A stretch of DNA of 63,920 nucleotides, the filler included, from Octopus bimaculoides (lineage: Eukaryota): assembly GCF_001194135.2 (NCBI RefSeq). It is 5 parts of 5 records of this genome, joined end to end, with 100 filler letters (N's around TTAATTAATTAA, not from the genome) between each part and the next. Parts side by side here need not be neighbours in the genome. Positions count along the whole stretch, not along the records: positions 1 to 22,110 come from NC_068985.1; 4 more parts are not named here. One strand, 5' to 3'. Position numbers and translations under genes: made by a program. Positions 1 through 14,303 of the stretch are shown here, one piece after another; the stretch's first letter is position 1; each line of letters opens with the position of its first letter. The notes under the pieces were generated by a model. The model made no database searches, had not been told where the DNA came from, and worked only from the letters and a program-made list of their open reading frames with translations.

Positions 1-83
1 CAGCGCTCGACTACCACATATTCTATCAACCCCGAAAAGACGAAAGGCAAAGTCGACCTCGGCGGAATTTGAACTCAGAACGT

Positions 84-428
84 GCTAAGACCCCCTTCGG
101 ACTGACCATGGGATTGCACCTAGAAAGTTACCCTCCCAGGCACTAGTCCGGGCAAGGTTGTTTATGGAAGACCAGTAGTCGCCCATGCATACCGGCCTCC
201 CTTCTCCACGCCACCAGTGTTATCCAAGGGAAAGGCAAAGGCTCATACAGTTTGGCACCTGTGACGTCGCAACTCATTTCTACAGTTGAGTGAACTGCAG
301 CAACTTGAAATAAAGTGTCTTGCTCAAGAACACAACACGCAGCCCGGTCCGGGATTCGAACTCACAACTCCACGATCGTAAGCTCGACCGCTCTAACCAC
401 TGAGCCATGGGCCTTCACAGAAGGCACA
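84..428 (-). mobile_element. tRNA-derived SINE (family 4 here) nested in an older family-2 SINE
   Basis: Minus-strand A box TGGCTCAGTGG and B box GTTCGAATCCC; 13-bp TSD GAACTCAGAACGT at 71-83 and 429-441; second copy at ~33993-34335 (+). Confidence 0.8.
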
Positions 429-1950
429 GAACTCAGAACGTAAAGACAGACAAAATACTGCTAAGGATTTCGCCCGGCGTGCTAACGTTCTTCCTGCTAG
501 TCACCTTAGCTGTCTTTGAGAAATATTGTAAGATATCGATGCCTTAACATTCTGATTTCACAACCTGACCACGTCAAATTTACCAATGGTTCTTCCGTTC
601 CGGATTCGAAAAAAAAAAAAAGAAAAACAATTGTTAAACACTGCTATTAGCTTACTTGGCTGTTTTCCCCACTAAATGTGTGTGTGTGCGTGCGCGCGCG
701 CGTGTGTGCGTGTGTGCGTTCGAAATGATTTTGCGAAACATCATTTCTAAGATACGGTGTAGTAAGGGGTTTCGTTTCAGGTGGACGAATCATATTGATT
801 AATTTTAACATAAAAAGTTCACTTAGTGCTTAATGACGTATTAGTTTTCATTCACTCACTAACTGGCACCTATCCATCGGTAGTCCGGCTAAGGCCGCTC
901 TGTTAATAAGATAGTTGGGTACTAACAGTGCAGCAACAACTACAACAAATACAGCAACAATAGTCATAGTAGTGAAAAGAGTAATTAACACATTCAAATA
1001 GTTATAATTAAAGCGTTAAGAGATACAACGGGTATGCTTGTTTCTCCGTGGTCATTCGAACTTTTTAGTTGTAGTAGCCAAATCTCCCTCAAATGGGCCC
1101 ATTGACATCTTGAAAAAGAGAACGATGTAGATAATTTAGTTCCACACACCCTTGAACAAACTGGATCATCGCAGTTGGAATCGATTAGGTTCCGATTCGA
1201 TTAGGGTTTATCTTATACTTAACGACAGTGACAACCACGCCAACAACCTGAATATTAATTTCACCAGCAATTGTAACAATTACAAGGGTAGGTTTTAAAC
1301 AGGGGAGTGGGGGTGGAATAATACCAAATGAGATAGAACTCTACGTGGTTCCAGCTTGTTAGAAATAACAGCCGTATCTCTTTAAAATGCAATTGCGAAA
1401 TCTTAAGAAAAATAAAGGAGGCCGTGGTGTATTTCTTGATATAGGAAAAAAAACACAACAAAACAAGCAAAGTTGTTAAGCTTTTGACTTCAGTTTACTT
1501 AATGAAACTTAAACACCACCACCACANNNNNNNNNNNNNNNNNNNNNNNNNNNNNNNNNNNNNNNNNNNNNNNNNNNNNNNNNNNNNNNNNNNNNNNNNN
1601 NNNNNNNNNNNNNNNNNNNNNNNNNNNNNNNNNNNNNNNNNNNNNNNNNNNNNNNNNNNNNNNNNNNNNNNNNNNNNNNNNNNNNNNNNNNNNNNNNNNN
1701 NNNNNNNNNNNNNNNNNNNNNNNNNNNNNNNNNNNNNNNNNNNNNNNNNNNNNNNNNNNNNNNNNNNNNNNNNNNNNNNNNNNNNNNNNNNNNNNNNNNN
1801 NNNNNNNNNNNNNNNNNNNNNNNNNNNNNNNNNNNNNNNNNNNNNNNNNNNNNNNNNNNNNNNNNNNNNNNNNNNNNNNNNNNNNNNNNNNNNNNNNNNN
1901 NNNNNNNNNNNNNNNNNNNNNNNNNNNNNNNNNNNNNNNNCACCACCACC

Positions 1951-1982
<32 letters not shown>

Positions 1983-4599
1983 CAACAAGTACCACTACCA
2001 CCACCACCACTACTACTACTTTAATGTTTAGAAGAAAATTTGTATTAGCAATTACTACAGTAGTGCTACATACATAATTAAGCAGATCCCGATCATTCGA
2101 GATGGATTTTCTAAGGGCACATTTTTGTGTGTCTTTTTCCCTGAAGTGTAAGCATTAGTCTTCAATAAATGCAAGCATTTCTTTTTCTGAGTTTCAAAAC
2201 CATATTTGGGTTTGATGCATCTCTTGTACTCTATGTACCGCTTTTAATCGGAATATTCTTGAACTCGATTTTCTCTCGAAGTTTCGGAGTACATCTTACT
2301 AGCTATATCGAAACACCAACATTATCAACACGAATGACTAACAACAGCTGCAAATTCACTAGTAACACTAATAACAAGACCACCATCACCACCATGACAG
2401 CCTTTATCATCAACAGCACCATCGCTATCACCATTACCACCAACGTTCATTCATATCACCAATACCACCACTAACACCAATATTACGAACAATACAACCA
2501 GCGCCACTACCATCACTACAACGTCGACCACCACACCTACTACTATTGCATATACGACGACCATTACAGGGACTCACCACAATTATTACTGCCAGCCTTT
2601 GATTAATATGTACAATAATCAGGGCCGGTATGCTTTTTTTAAAAATCATATGTATGCTCAATCAGAGCTGACCTGGAGTGAATCTGCAACAGCAAGAACA
2701 TAATTAGAATAAAAACAACATTTCCAACAATACCCAATGACCGATGAACTAACGAGAAATTTGCCCCAGGAATTTGAGATATGGGCAAAATTTCGCACAT
2801 ATTTCAGTTTGAAAGCAGTTACCTCCCCTACTAACGAATTCTTTTTCATCCAATAAAGAATACTCTTGAAGTCACGTGAAGGCTAAAACTTTATTAATTC
2901 TTTCGAATTTTTGTCCATAGCCTTGTGAATGGATTTGGTAGATGGAAACATAAAAGAAGTCCGTCGTATATATATATATATATANNNNNNNNNNTATATA
3001 TATAAGCAATGTTAATTCTCTAAATGAGGTATTAACAGTAACTGCACGATAAAGTGAAGTATATTGCCACTTAAATGTGGCTGACCCCTAAGGGTGGATG
3101 TTACTGTTGCTTTTATCCCCCTTCTGTGTGTGTTTTTGTGTTTGTGTTCGTTTCCCGCCACCGCTTGACAACCGTGTCGGAGTACTTACGTCCACACAAC
3201 TTAGCCGTTCGGCATAACAAGATCGATAGAATACGTATCAGGTTTAAAGAAGAAAAAAAGCAAAGTGTTGGGGTCGATTCATTCAACTAAGACCTTTCAA
3301 AGCGACGCCCCAGAATGGCCGCAGTTTAGTGAGTGAAACAAGTAAAACAGAGGATCTGTGCTTGTATGTACGCATGAATGTATGTATATATGCTTGTTTG
3401 TATGTATTTGTATGCATATGTATGTGTATGTGTAAAGTAAGAAACACTGAGGCAGAAAGAGGGTGAGAAAGTGTTTATTTAGTCTATTCCAGTATCCACT
3501 TATCCTGAAGTTTTCCCCAGAATTAGTCAGTTCCCGAGACAAGAAAAAGCAGTTTTACTGTTTACATGTCAAGGAAATTTCAGACAAATAGGCAACTAAA
3601 TAATCATATATAAGCTACTGCAATTTACCATCGTGTTAAGTACTTTTCTCTTATTTGTCTAAATCTACAAATATGTGTATGTACTTCAGTATGCATATGT
3701 GTGAATTTATGTTCAGTGTAAATCAGCTAATATATACTGTATATGTAAAATGTGTGTTGTGCAATCCAAAAGATATATGTGTGTTAGTATGTGTATGTGT
3801 ATGTATAACTTGAATGTATGTATTTTTAAAATATATACACTGTACATGTGATTTTATATTGAAAATAGACACAAATGTGCTTTATAGAGAACTTCCAACT
3901 TCATCTAAGCATGCTATTTCCCTGAGTGTACTCAATAATCAATGAGAAAAAACATTTAGAAAATTTACATGAAAGAGAGAATGTGACATTAAAAAGAGAG
4001 GAATATATAGAGATGAACGTTCATATAATTGATAAATATAAGCAGTTAACAAACTGCAAGTTAAAAAAGGACGTAATATAGACTTGAAACATAAAAGAAG
4101 TGGATTACCCTCAAATTACACGCATATTTTAACATTAACTACTCAAATTCTAATGTTTCATTGAAGGATAGTGTCTACATAATGTACATTTGGAAAATAA
4201 ATATTGTAGTTTCTTCTTCTGTGATCGGTTGTGTTTTTATGTCATGGTTATTTGAATTATTATTTTCTTATTAGTGTATACTAGAGTTTTCCTGGTGATG
4301 GTGGTTAATATCGAATAGTTTACATTAAGTATCATTCGGTTAAACCTTTATTCATGTTATGCCTGGGGTATAATTGTATTTTACAAGATTGAGGAAGATT
4401 TATCATGTCAGGGTGCTTTTATTTATTGAAAATGGTAGATTAAACCGCATTAACTTACTGTATGTGAGTATGTAGTTAAAGATTCCTTTCAAATTGGTCG
4501 ATGCCAATGCTCTCTCTCTGTATGAATTTATGTATGTTTATATCCTGCATACTGCCTGTTGAAGAATAATACTTCGTTATAAGAGATTGTGGAGATACA

Positions 4600-5800
4600 T
4601 TCTCTTACTTAGATGACCAGCAGTCATACCTACCGAAGTGTTATGACTGTCGATGAAAGAGTTGACGGTTCGAAAACCGTTACACAAAATGGTCCAGTTT
4701 GGTACCCACAACCTGCATCTTTCGGGAGAAAGAAACATATACTACAGAAATGCTTTCAGGAATATACAACCAGAATATGCTCTGCAAGGTGGAAGGATAT
4801 GGAATCACCAATCACAGATTAATAATTCATGTAAATGAACTGAATACACGAACTAGTTGTAGAATATTGAGGACGCAAAAATGGGACATAAAATTCTATT
4901 AAGTTAAATGAAATGAATGGAGTAAAAACAATATATGCAGCTAACGGGTATTGATCTTATTGAGCTGCTTGAGAAGCTCGCCAGATGTCACCTCAGAGGG
5001 CCCAGTCTCCTTTGCCATAGCCCGCTAATCTCTGGATAATCGTAATTGGTAGATAGTAACAAATTAATTGATCCCCTGCGAAAGGAACTAATGACCCCAG
5101 TTTGACAAAGAGGTAAACGGTATCATACAAGTCAAAATATGATGAAGAAATTGTTCCCCGGTGAGATACTCTGTAGCCCCTATGGACATCAGCTGGAAAT
5201 GGTAAAGCATGTTGGCACTGCAAGACCACACTGCTTTCAAAGGTAATTGTTGCGAGTGAGTTGGTAACGTTAGTTATCTTGTACACATTTGAGCATGATG
5301 AGGAATTTTAACGTGCATCTCAGTAGTAGCATTATTTTCCACGTATCTTTCATGCTTCAAATACCAACCAAACTTGTAAGGTCTAGAAACGTCAAAACAG
5401 ACTCTTAATTATTCCTCTATATTTCTCTCGAAGCTGCCTGCGAATGAATAACATATCGGTGTTCCTTTTGAATTTGAACACCAAACTATCTGGTCAGAAG
5501 TATTTTTATTTCAAGAAATTTTCCCGCGATAAAGTGCAGCGTTGATTCCCAAACCGGTAGATACATAAATCCAGAAGACATAGAAACCCTTTCTTCGGAT
5601 CGAGTTGGATGGCGAGTAAAAATGTGGAGTGGAGTGAAAGCGTTTGAAGAGGCCAGAATAATGCATGCAAGACTCAAGTGAGATTTAATGAAGAATGTTA
5701 CGATCGAGAAGGTGAATCACAATGACATTTTGTGTACACAGCTTATGACAGATCATACCTTTGTTTTGCTGGGCTCAAATCTCATTTACGAACCTATGGA
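4600..5800 (+). mobile_element. Degenerate RTE-clade LINE ORF C-terminal remnant
   Basis: 5560-5680 reads YINPEDIETLSSDRVGWRVKMWSGVKAFEEARIMHARLK*, matching the RTE C-terminal pattern (DRxxWR..GV..FE..R); 4700-4820 weakly resembles the preceding IL.I.W.D segment; many stops. Confidence 0.5.
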
Positions 5801-7654
5801 AAACGAACTTCCACCAACTATTTTGCCTATATGACTGTGCACAACTTTCAATGAAATGTATGTCAGAAGGTCTTCAAATCTAACGGAGGCCTCAAAAGAT
5901 ATTTTAAGATCCACAAAGATCAAAGCTTAACTGCAGCACTTTGTGGTCCAAATCGGAGATGCAATCTACGTAGGTGTCTTATCAAAACATTGTCTTGTTT
6001 AAAAAGCTACATCAGATGCCATGATGGTTCTCAGGTGTAGGTACAGGAAGTGAGGAAACTCTGCATAGGAGCAGACAATCACCATGTATGTATGTATGTA
6101 TGTATGTATGTATGTATGTATGTATGAATGTATGTATTATGTATGTATGTATGTGTATACGCGTATGCACGAATGCGTGCATACATGCAAGTGTGTGTCT
6201 TATCATCTGCGTATGTCACCTCCCACCACAGATTGACAATTGATTTTGGATTGTTTATGTCTCCATAATTTAGCTGTTTGGCCCTAAGATACCGGAAAAT
6301 GGCAGTCTGGTAAAGAACATTAGTACTAGGGTCGATAAAAGATAAGAAATATAAATTTGTACATAAACACACTCACACTCACAACATTTGATGGATAGAT
6401 AGATACCTATATACATACATACATTCATACATGTCACGAAGCACCCGCTGTGAAGCAGTGGTGTGGGTGGTTGTTCGAACGCAGACACGAATGCATACAC
6501 ACTCATATGTCTATGTATGTATGTATGTATGTATGTATGTATGTATGTATTCTATTATCCCTTTAAACTTCTACTTGTTTCAGTCACTGGTCTGTGGTCA
6601 TGCTGGAGCACTATCTATATATGCGAGGAGTTTCTTTCAGTTTCTGTCTGCTCACGATTCTTTGGACGACGCCAAGCTATAAAATGTTGTTGGACAGCAA
6701 AATTCTAAGCACACGGCAACGCTTCCACCTATATACAGACATAAATACATACATACATACATACATACATACATACATTCGTATATACATACATAATGTA
6801 TGCATACATACGTATGTACATACATACATTACATACATATAAATGTTTGTGTGTGCATTCTTTTTTCTTTCTTTTCTTTTCATTTGTTTCAATCATTTCA
6901 CTGCGGCCATGCTGGAGCACCGCCTTTAGTCGAATAAATTGACCCCAGGACTGTTTCTTTGGTAGTACCGCTAAGTTACGGGATGTAAACATACCAACAT
7001 CGGTTCTCAAGCGATGGTGGGGGGAAAACACAGACAGACAGACATACACACACACACACACATACGAGAAGCTTCCGTCTACCAAATCCATTCACAAGTC
7101 TTTGGTCGGCGCAAGGCTATAGTAGAAGACACATGCCCAACCTACCACGCAGTGGCACTGAACCCGGAACCATGTGGTTGGTGAGCAAGCTACTTACCAT
7201 TCAAACACTCCTGCGCCTATAATATTCATGTATGTATATATGTGTATATTTGTTTTAATTTCTGTCAGAGAATGAGGCGTCTGGGTACGTGGTTGTACAT
7301 GTGTATGTATGTGTACGTGTGCGTGTGTATGTATATCTACCTGTGAATATATGTATGTATGTATTTATTTTTTTACATATTTACGTACCTATGTATGTTC
7401 GTATGCGTGTGAATAATGAACATATTTTGCAGTAAAACACATTCTCACACACATAATATATACATAAATGTTCAGACACATACATGTAGGCACACTCACA
7501 CGCACAGAAATATACACACACACAGATGTATATTATTATACACTCATATATACAATTGTATATATATGTATGTATGTGTGTATGTATTTATATATTTATA
7601 TATATACATGCATATATATACACACCTATATATGCATATATATAAAATAAATAA

Positions 7655-7693
<39 letters not shown>

Positions 7694-7771
7694 TATATGT
7701 ATATATGTGTATATGTGTGTATATAAATAATAATATATATATGTATGTGTGTATGCTTCTCTTCTCTCTCA

Positions 7772-7819
<48 letters not shown>

Positions 7820-8235
7820 CACACACACACACACATTTATTTTGGCATGTATACCCAAACGCTTGCACATACACACAACACACAAACTAAAACTAGAGCA
7901 TATTGCTATACAGGACATTTACTAACATTAATTATAACAATGTAACTGGCTAACACACCGGATGTTGTATGAAGACAATGAATTTGGAAAAGAATGAACG
8001 GTTCTATAGTATTTTGGAAACAATGGACAATGCTGTAGATTATATTCCTCACCCATAGTTCTTCTTTTAATTAATAGAACATTGAAAAATCACGTTGGTT
8101 TTTGTGCTTCTAATGACCATGGCGATACTTCAGGACAATTGACAATCATGTGTAATTTTCTTCTTTATATTACCCACAACTGAGAATAAGAATCACACGT
8201 AAGATTCTTATTCAAATTCCAAAAAAAATCAAAGC

Positions 8236-8270
8236 TATAAAAAGCGGTAGTTTGAAATTCTTTGCAGTTC
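8236..8270 (+). promoter_or_regulatory. S-crystallin core promoter: TATA box and initiator-like element
   Basis: TATAAAAA at 8236-8243; GCAGTT with its A at 8266, 30 nt after the TATA start; implies a ~89-nt 5' UTR. Confidence 0.75.
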
Positions 8271-8354
8271 CTGTATTGTCTCCAATACACAAAGTAACAC
8301 ACGACAAATTCTTATTCTTGGTAAAACTACCAAAAACAAACAACCAAACCAAAC

Positions 8355-8487
8355 ATGCCTTCCTACACTCTCCACTACTTCAACCACCGTGGCCGTGCTG
8401 AGATCTGCCGTATGCTCTTTGCAGCAGCTGGTGTCCAGTACAATGACCGTAGGATCGATTCTTCAGAATGGAGTGGTATGAGAAATC
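8355..8487 (+). CDS. OCTS: S-crystallin coding exon 1 (M1-N44 + 1 nt)
   Basis: aaacATG start; donor AATC|gtaagt at 8488; too short for the ORF track, read by hand. Confidence 0.96.
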
Positions 8488-9273
8488 GTAAGTGAATTTT
8501 TGTTTTCTGTTGTTATATATATTGTTAATAGTGGAGGCGCAATGGCCCAGTGGTTAGGGCAGTGGACTCGCGGTCATAGTATCGCGGTTTCGATTCCCAG
8601 ACCTGGCGTTGTGAGTGTTTATTGAGCGAAAACACCTAAGACTCCACAAGACTCCGGCAGGGGATGGTGGAGAACCCTGCTGTACTCTTTCACCAAAACT
8701 TTCTCTCACACTTACTTCCTGTTTCTGTTGTACCTGTAATTCAAAGGTACACTGTGTGACACTGAATATCCCCGAGAACTACGTTAAGGGTACACGTGTC
8801 TGTGGAGTGCTCAGCCACTTGCACGTTAATTTCACGTGCAGGTTGTACCGTTGATCGGATCAACTGGAACCCTCGACGTCGTAAGCGACGGTGTGCCAAC
8901 AATATATTGTTAATAAAGCATCTCAAATGTCGTACATAATTCCTCAAACGTTAGTAAACAGAGTTTTGGGTGCGTTCAATATAAACAGAAGTTGGAATTG
9001 TTCATTATAAGGAAAGACGGATATGGCAAAGTCTAAAGCACCTCAGATATCTGACTAACTAGCAGAAATTTGATGGACTTTATATTCAAGTATTGCTATC
9101 AAGATAACGCCTAACTCTTATTTGCTCAGTTTAGCCGTCTTCTAGTAGGTTGGATTAATTGTGTGTTATAGTTTTACATTGCAACAGACGTGCTATGAAA
9201 TTCCGAAGTAATTTCGTTAGCACTACAGTTTAACCTTGCGTAGATTATAATCTGGCTATATATGTGTGGACTC

Positions 9274-9320
<47 letters not shown>

Positions 9321-9469
9321 TCTCTCTCTCTCTCTCTATTCTCTCTCCCTCTCTATTTCTCTCNNNNNNNNNNNNNNNNNNNNNNNNNNNNNNNNNNNNN
9401 NNNNNNNNNNNNNNNNNNNNNNNNNNNNNNNNNNNNNNNNNNNNNNNNNNNNNNNNNNNNNNNNNNNNN

Positions 9470-9551
<82 letters not shown>

Positions 9552-11414
9552 CATGATAGTCATTACGTATCATACTTAATATACGCACGCTGTCGATAAG
9601 TCTGTTACTGCAGCATTTCTCTTCAAATGACAATTTCATATCGACTTGCTGTACTAAAAACAGTAAACAGCAGAGAATTAGGATGAAAGAAGAGAATTAG
9701 GATGAAACAGCTGCTAGCGAGAGTTGAGATACATTTTTGAGCCTTTTATATAGCACATACTTCCTGCTAGATACATGTTCGGACGATAATTCGTTATCTC
9801 GCATATAGGAGATATACTGATGTTGCGAATAGCCGCCCAGTTGATTAAATCCTGGTATACACTACTGAAGCAATATTTCATCAAAGTAACCATCTACGTA
9901 TCATACTCAATGTATACACACTACCGATAAACTCGTTCCAGCACTATTTGTCATGGGATAAACAGCTCTTATGAACTTGCTGAGTTAAAAACACAATAAT
10001 TATTAGAGGGAGATGAAAACGTATACCAGCAGCGGCTAGTAAGACGGTCATTTCAACAGATTTTAACGTGATGTAGTTATACGATATGGAGATAAAATTT
10101 GTAACCATGTCTCAATGGGTTACAGATCTCACTACCACTATTATCAAGAATTACTTTGCTAAAATATAAAGAGATTTGTTATAACTGATTGTGGATTATA
10201 CTGAGAAAAGTTAGTAACAATCAATACGATTTATTTGGTCACTCGATAATAATTATTAAGTCTGGAAATCATTTTGAAAATGTTGCTTGTTAAAAGTCAA
10301 TCTTATAATGATTCTCTTCTTGACAATCAATTGGTCAATAACAATTACACACTGTTTAGGTTCTCGATATTTTATCTAGCATTTTGTTTACTCTGTCTTT
10401 ATAATTGTTCTTACATCCGTACTCCAGTTTAATCCTCGAATAGAACTATGATCACACTACATTCAGGCCGTTAGAATCCACTTCCATTTTTGTTCCAAGG
10501 ATTACATTTTCCAGTCTGTCCCACCTTAAGTTTCATGTGATTAAATGGGGTATTTGGCTGTTACTGCTTTGTGGCTGAGTGACTGCACAAAAGCCCCGAA
10601 TGGTCAAGAAGAGGTCATTTCCTTGGCTTGCTATTTATTCACTTTGTTGAAACTAAGAAGTAAGAAGTAATTCTTTAAAATTTCTGGCTTTGAGCTTAAA
10701 CGAGAAATTATTCATTTCTACCCTAGGCACAAGGCCCGAAATTTTGGGTGAGGGGGCCAGTCGATTAGCTTGACCCCAGTATGCAACTGGTACTCAATTT
10801 ATCGACCCCCGAAAGGATGAAAGGCAAAGTCCACCTCGGTGGAATTTGAACTCAGAACGTAAGGACAGACAAAATACCTCTAAGCATTTCACCCGGCGTT
10901 CTAACGACTCTGCCAGCTCACCGCCTTTCTTAAATTAGAAATCATTAAGACGGCAAGGTGAAGGAAGAATCTGTAGGCCACTAGAATAAAGATGATTGTC
11001 ATTTTCAGTATTCATTCTAGTTCTTTAAGTTCTGAATTCAAATGACATCGGGGTTAACTTTGCCTTTCACCCTTTCGGTTGATAAAACAAATTATCAGCA
11101 AATACTGGAGTCAATGGTACAAAGATCAGTGGAGAAGGCAGTTCCCTTGCGAGATGCCTCTCCTGATTTCTACTGCCCCTAATCTTCTTCCATATGCTGT
11201 CAGTTCCGTCCTCCGTTTCATCATACATTTTCCAAACTGTACACATTGGTAGGCCACTGAAATAAACACAACAGATTGTTCATTTACAAAGACGTGTTTG
11301 GGGGGAAAAAAACAGGAAGAAAGAAAAAAGAAAGAAGAAAAAATTAAAATATAAGGAAAAATGAAAATATTATGATTATTATTGTTGTTGTTGTTATTAT
11401 TATTATTGTTATTG

Positions 11415-11488
<74 letters not shown>

Positions 11489-14219
11489 AATATTATACAT
11501 TCTACTTGCAGAGATGCCATGCAACATGATGCCAATGTTGGAATTGGACAACAGGACCCAGATTCCTCAAAGTATGGCTATGGCCAGATATTTGGCCAGG
11601 GAATTTGGTGAGTAGTTTTACGTCCTCTTCCAAAATTTAGATACACTTTCTTTTGAGACGTTCAAATTCTGATATACTCTGTTTGTGAAGAGTACTGCAA
11701 CATGTCTGATATTTTGCGTTGCCTGAAAACCACAACATACGTTAGTCCCATTTTCTGTCTATGTAAGATTTTGGATAAAGCAAATAAGAATATATTACCT
11801 TCACATGATATTTTCTGCTATATTTTCGCTGTCTCATGTTATTAAAGAATATGGTTTCGATCATATTTATTGAAATATATAATAATAATAAACTCTTCAT
11901 CTCTGATAGAAATAAGAGATTGCCAACAAAACATTTGAAGAAACGCCTCACAATTTATATTTTACTTGTTACATTTATGGCCTGCGGCCATAATGGGATA
12001 CTGTGTTGAATAGTTATAACGAACAATTCAACCCCATTATTTATTTATGTCTGGTGTATATTCTACCGGTTCCTGGAGATAAGCAAAGTAAACAAACAGA
12101 CAAGCGGTTATGAAGGACACACACACACACACACACACATACACACACACATACACACACACACACACACACACGCACCCATACACACACACACACTACT
12201 GCCACTGAATTTACGTTAGGAATTCCGTAGTCTTAGTTGAGTTTATGATGAGCGAGAGAAATGGGAAATGGATATAGCAAGAATCTTTATTTTTCGCTTC
12301 TCTCACTCATTATAAACCGAATTAACACTGCGGAATTTCTGACGTAGATCCAGTGACAATTATATCGTAACTATGGATGATATCAGGTAGCCTAAACAGT
12401 GAAAGTGCCCTAAGCGGCATACTACCAGGCATATAGCCCCAATCCATCATGAGATAATATTCGGCCCGAAGCTACATTTGAAGTCACTTGCTTAATTGCT
12501 GCGCTGAAGAACAGATTCCAAAGCGATCTTAATTTCACGGCCATTCTTCTACTAATTTTCTGAATTCTATAATTTGAGATAATGAAAACGGTACACCGTG
12601 ATTGCCTGAAAACTGCCCAACGTCAACGTATAGCCATTGCATTCTTAGATGCCTGGTAAAAATACATATAAGTTTACATAACAGAATTGTAAACTATAAC
12701 GACATACATGAATGGATTTTCACATAGACTCCGTAGAATATATTCCAGATATTGTATTTGATCAGTATGAAAACATTCATGTTATGCCATGAATGTTTCA
12801 TAAAACGAAAATATACGTTCGTTTCTATAATTGTTAAGTTAATGCCTGATCAGAAGCTGGCAGCATGATGACAGTGAAACACTTAGTGAAAAATCAATTG
12901 CATTTAAAACACAGACACAACCATATTTTACTTACATTTTAATCCATATATATATACATATATTATTTTGTTTAAAAGAGTTCCAACACTGTCTGTTTTT
13001 TATGTTTTATTTATATTCCTGCAAAACCAATATGGGATATAGAATATGGAATATACAATATATAATATAATATACAATATATAATATAAAATAAAAATGG
13101 ATGGTACAATGAAATAAAGTATTGAATGTCTTATTGAACATATAGAATATGTCTTATTGAATAGAAATATTGAGTGTTCAATATAANNNNNNNNNNNNNN
13201 NNNNNNNNNNNNNNNNNNNNNNNNNNNNNNNNNNNNNNNNNNNNNNNNNNNNNNNNNNNNNNNNNNNNNNNNNNNNNNNNNNNNNNNNNNNNNNNNNNNN
13301 NNNNNNNNNNNNNNNNNNNNNNNNNNNNNNNNNNNNNNNNNNNNNNNNNNNNNNNNNNATATATATGTTTCTATCTATCTGTCTGTCTGTGTCTGTGTGT
13401 ATGTATGTATATACATATGTATGGTTGAGATGTTCGCATCTCCGAAAGCTTGATTTTGATCGCCCTGCGTGACACGCTTAGTAAATGTGATTTTCTATAT
13501 AATATATTTTCTATTGAATGGACCGATAGACTATGGGTGAAATTTCAAAGAAAGAAAATGTATTGAAGCTTGTCTTGTGGTCTGTACCTATAGATCATAA
13601 GTAATATTCTTGCCAATATGATGTGCCACGCTAATCCTGTCGGAAAATTATGTCAAGGGTACACTTGTCTGCGGAACATGATAATTCAGGAGCAGTCAAT
13701 TGATGGAACTACTGGATACTCATAGTCGAATGATGCAAATCAACAACCGCCTCTACACCTATTATATTAACTGATGTAGGAACATCTCATCGTGAACGTT
13801 TTTATATTTAGAATGACATACCATTGCATTTGTGTACATTCTTATTGTTTATATATCAATGGGACATTCCAGGTTACCATGGCAGAACCAACATGGAGAT
13901 GGCCAGAGTAGATTTCATCTCAGACTGCTTCTATGATATTCTCGATGACTACATGAGGATGTACCAGGATGGCAACTGCAGAATGATGGTTTGTAAACTA
14001 ACAGTATTAGAATTTTCTTCCAATCGAAATATAATGGAATCTCTCTGTCTCTGTCTCTGTATGTCTGTCTGTCTGTCTCTCTCTCTCTATCTCTTTCTCT
14101 CTCTCTCCCTCTATCTATCTATCTATATATATCTATCTATCTCTCTATCTATCTATCTGTCTGTCTGTCTGTCTGCCTGTCTGTCTGCCTTTCTTTATTT
14201 CTTTATTTCTTTATTTTTT

Positions 14220-14303
<84 letters not shown>

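Noticed and set aside
7900-8235. AP-1/ARE or Pax6 site in the crystallin promoter
   Set aside because: No TGA[CG]TCA or TGACnnnGC match; the nearest (TGACCATGG, TGACAATCA) fail the consensus.
8536-8610. Genuine tRNA genes at SINE heads (also 345-420, 37905-37980, 49381-49450)
   Set aside because: A/B boxes are present, but I could not fold a proper acceptor stem, each continues into a SINE body, and three of the four have a clear TSD.
11509-11513. Alternative exon-2 acceptor (cagAG|ATG)
   Set aside because: Using the AG 2 nt downstream shifts the frame.
12400-12660. Antisense exon-like stretch in crystallin intron 2 ([19 protein letters not shown]..)
   Set aside because: Stops after about 36 codons, no partner exons, no recognisable homology.
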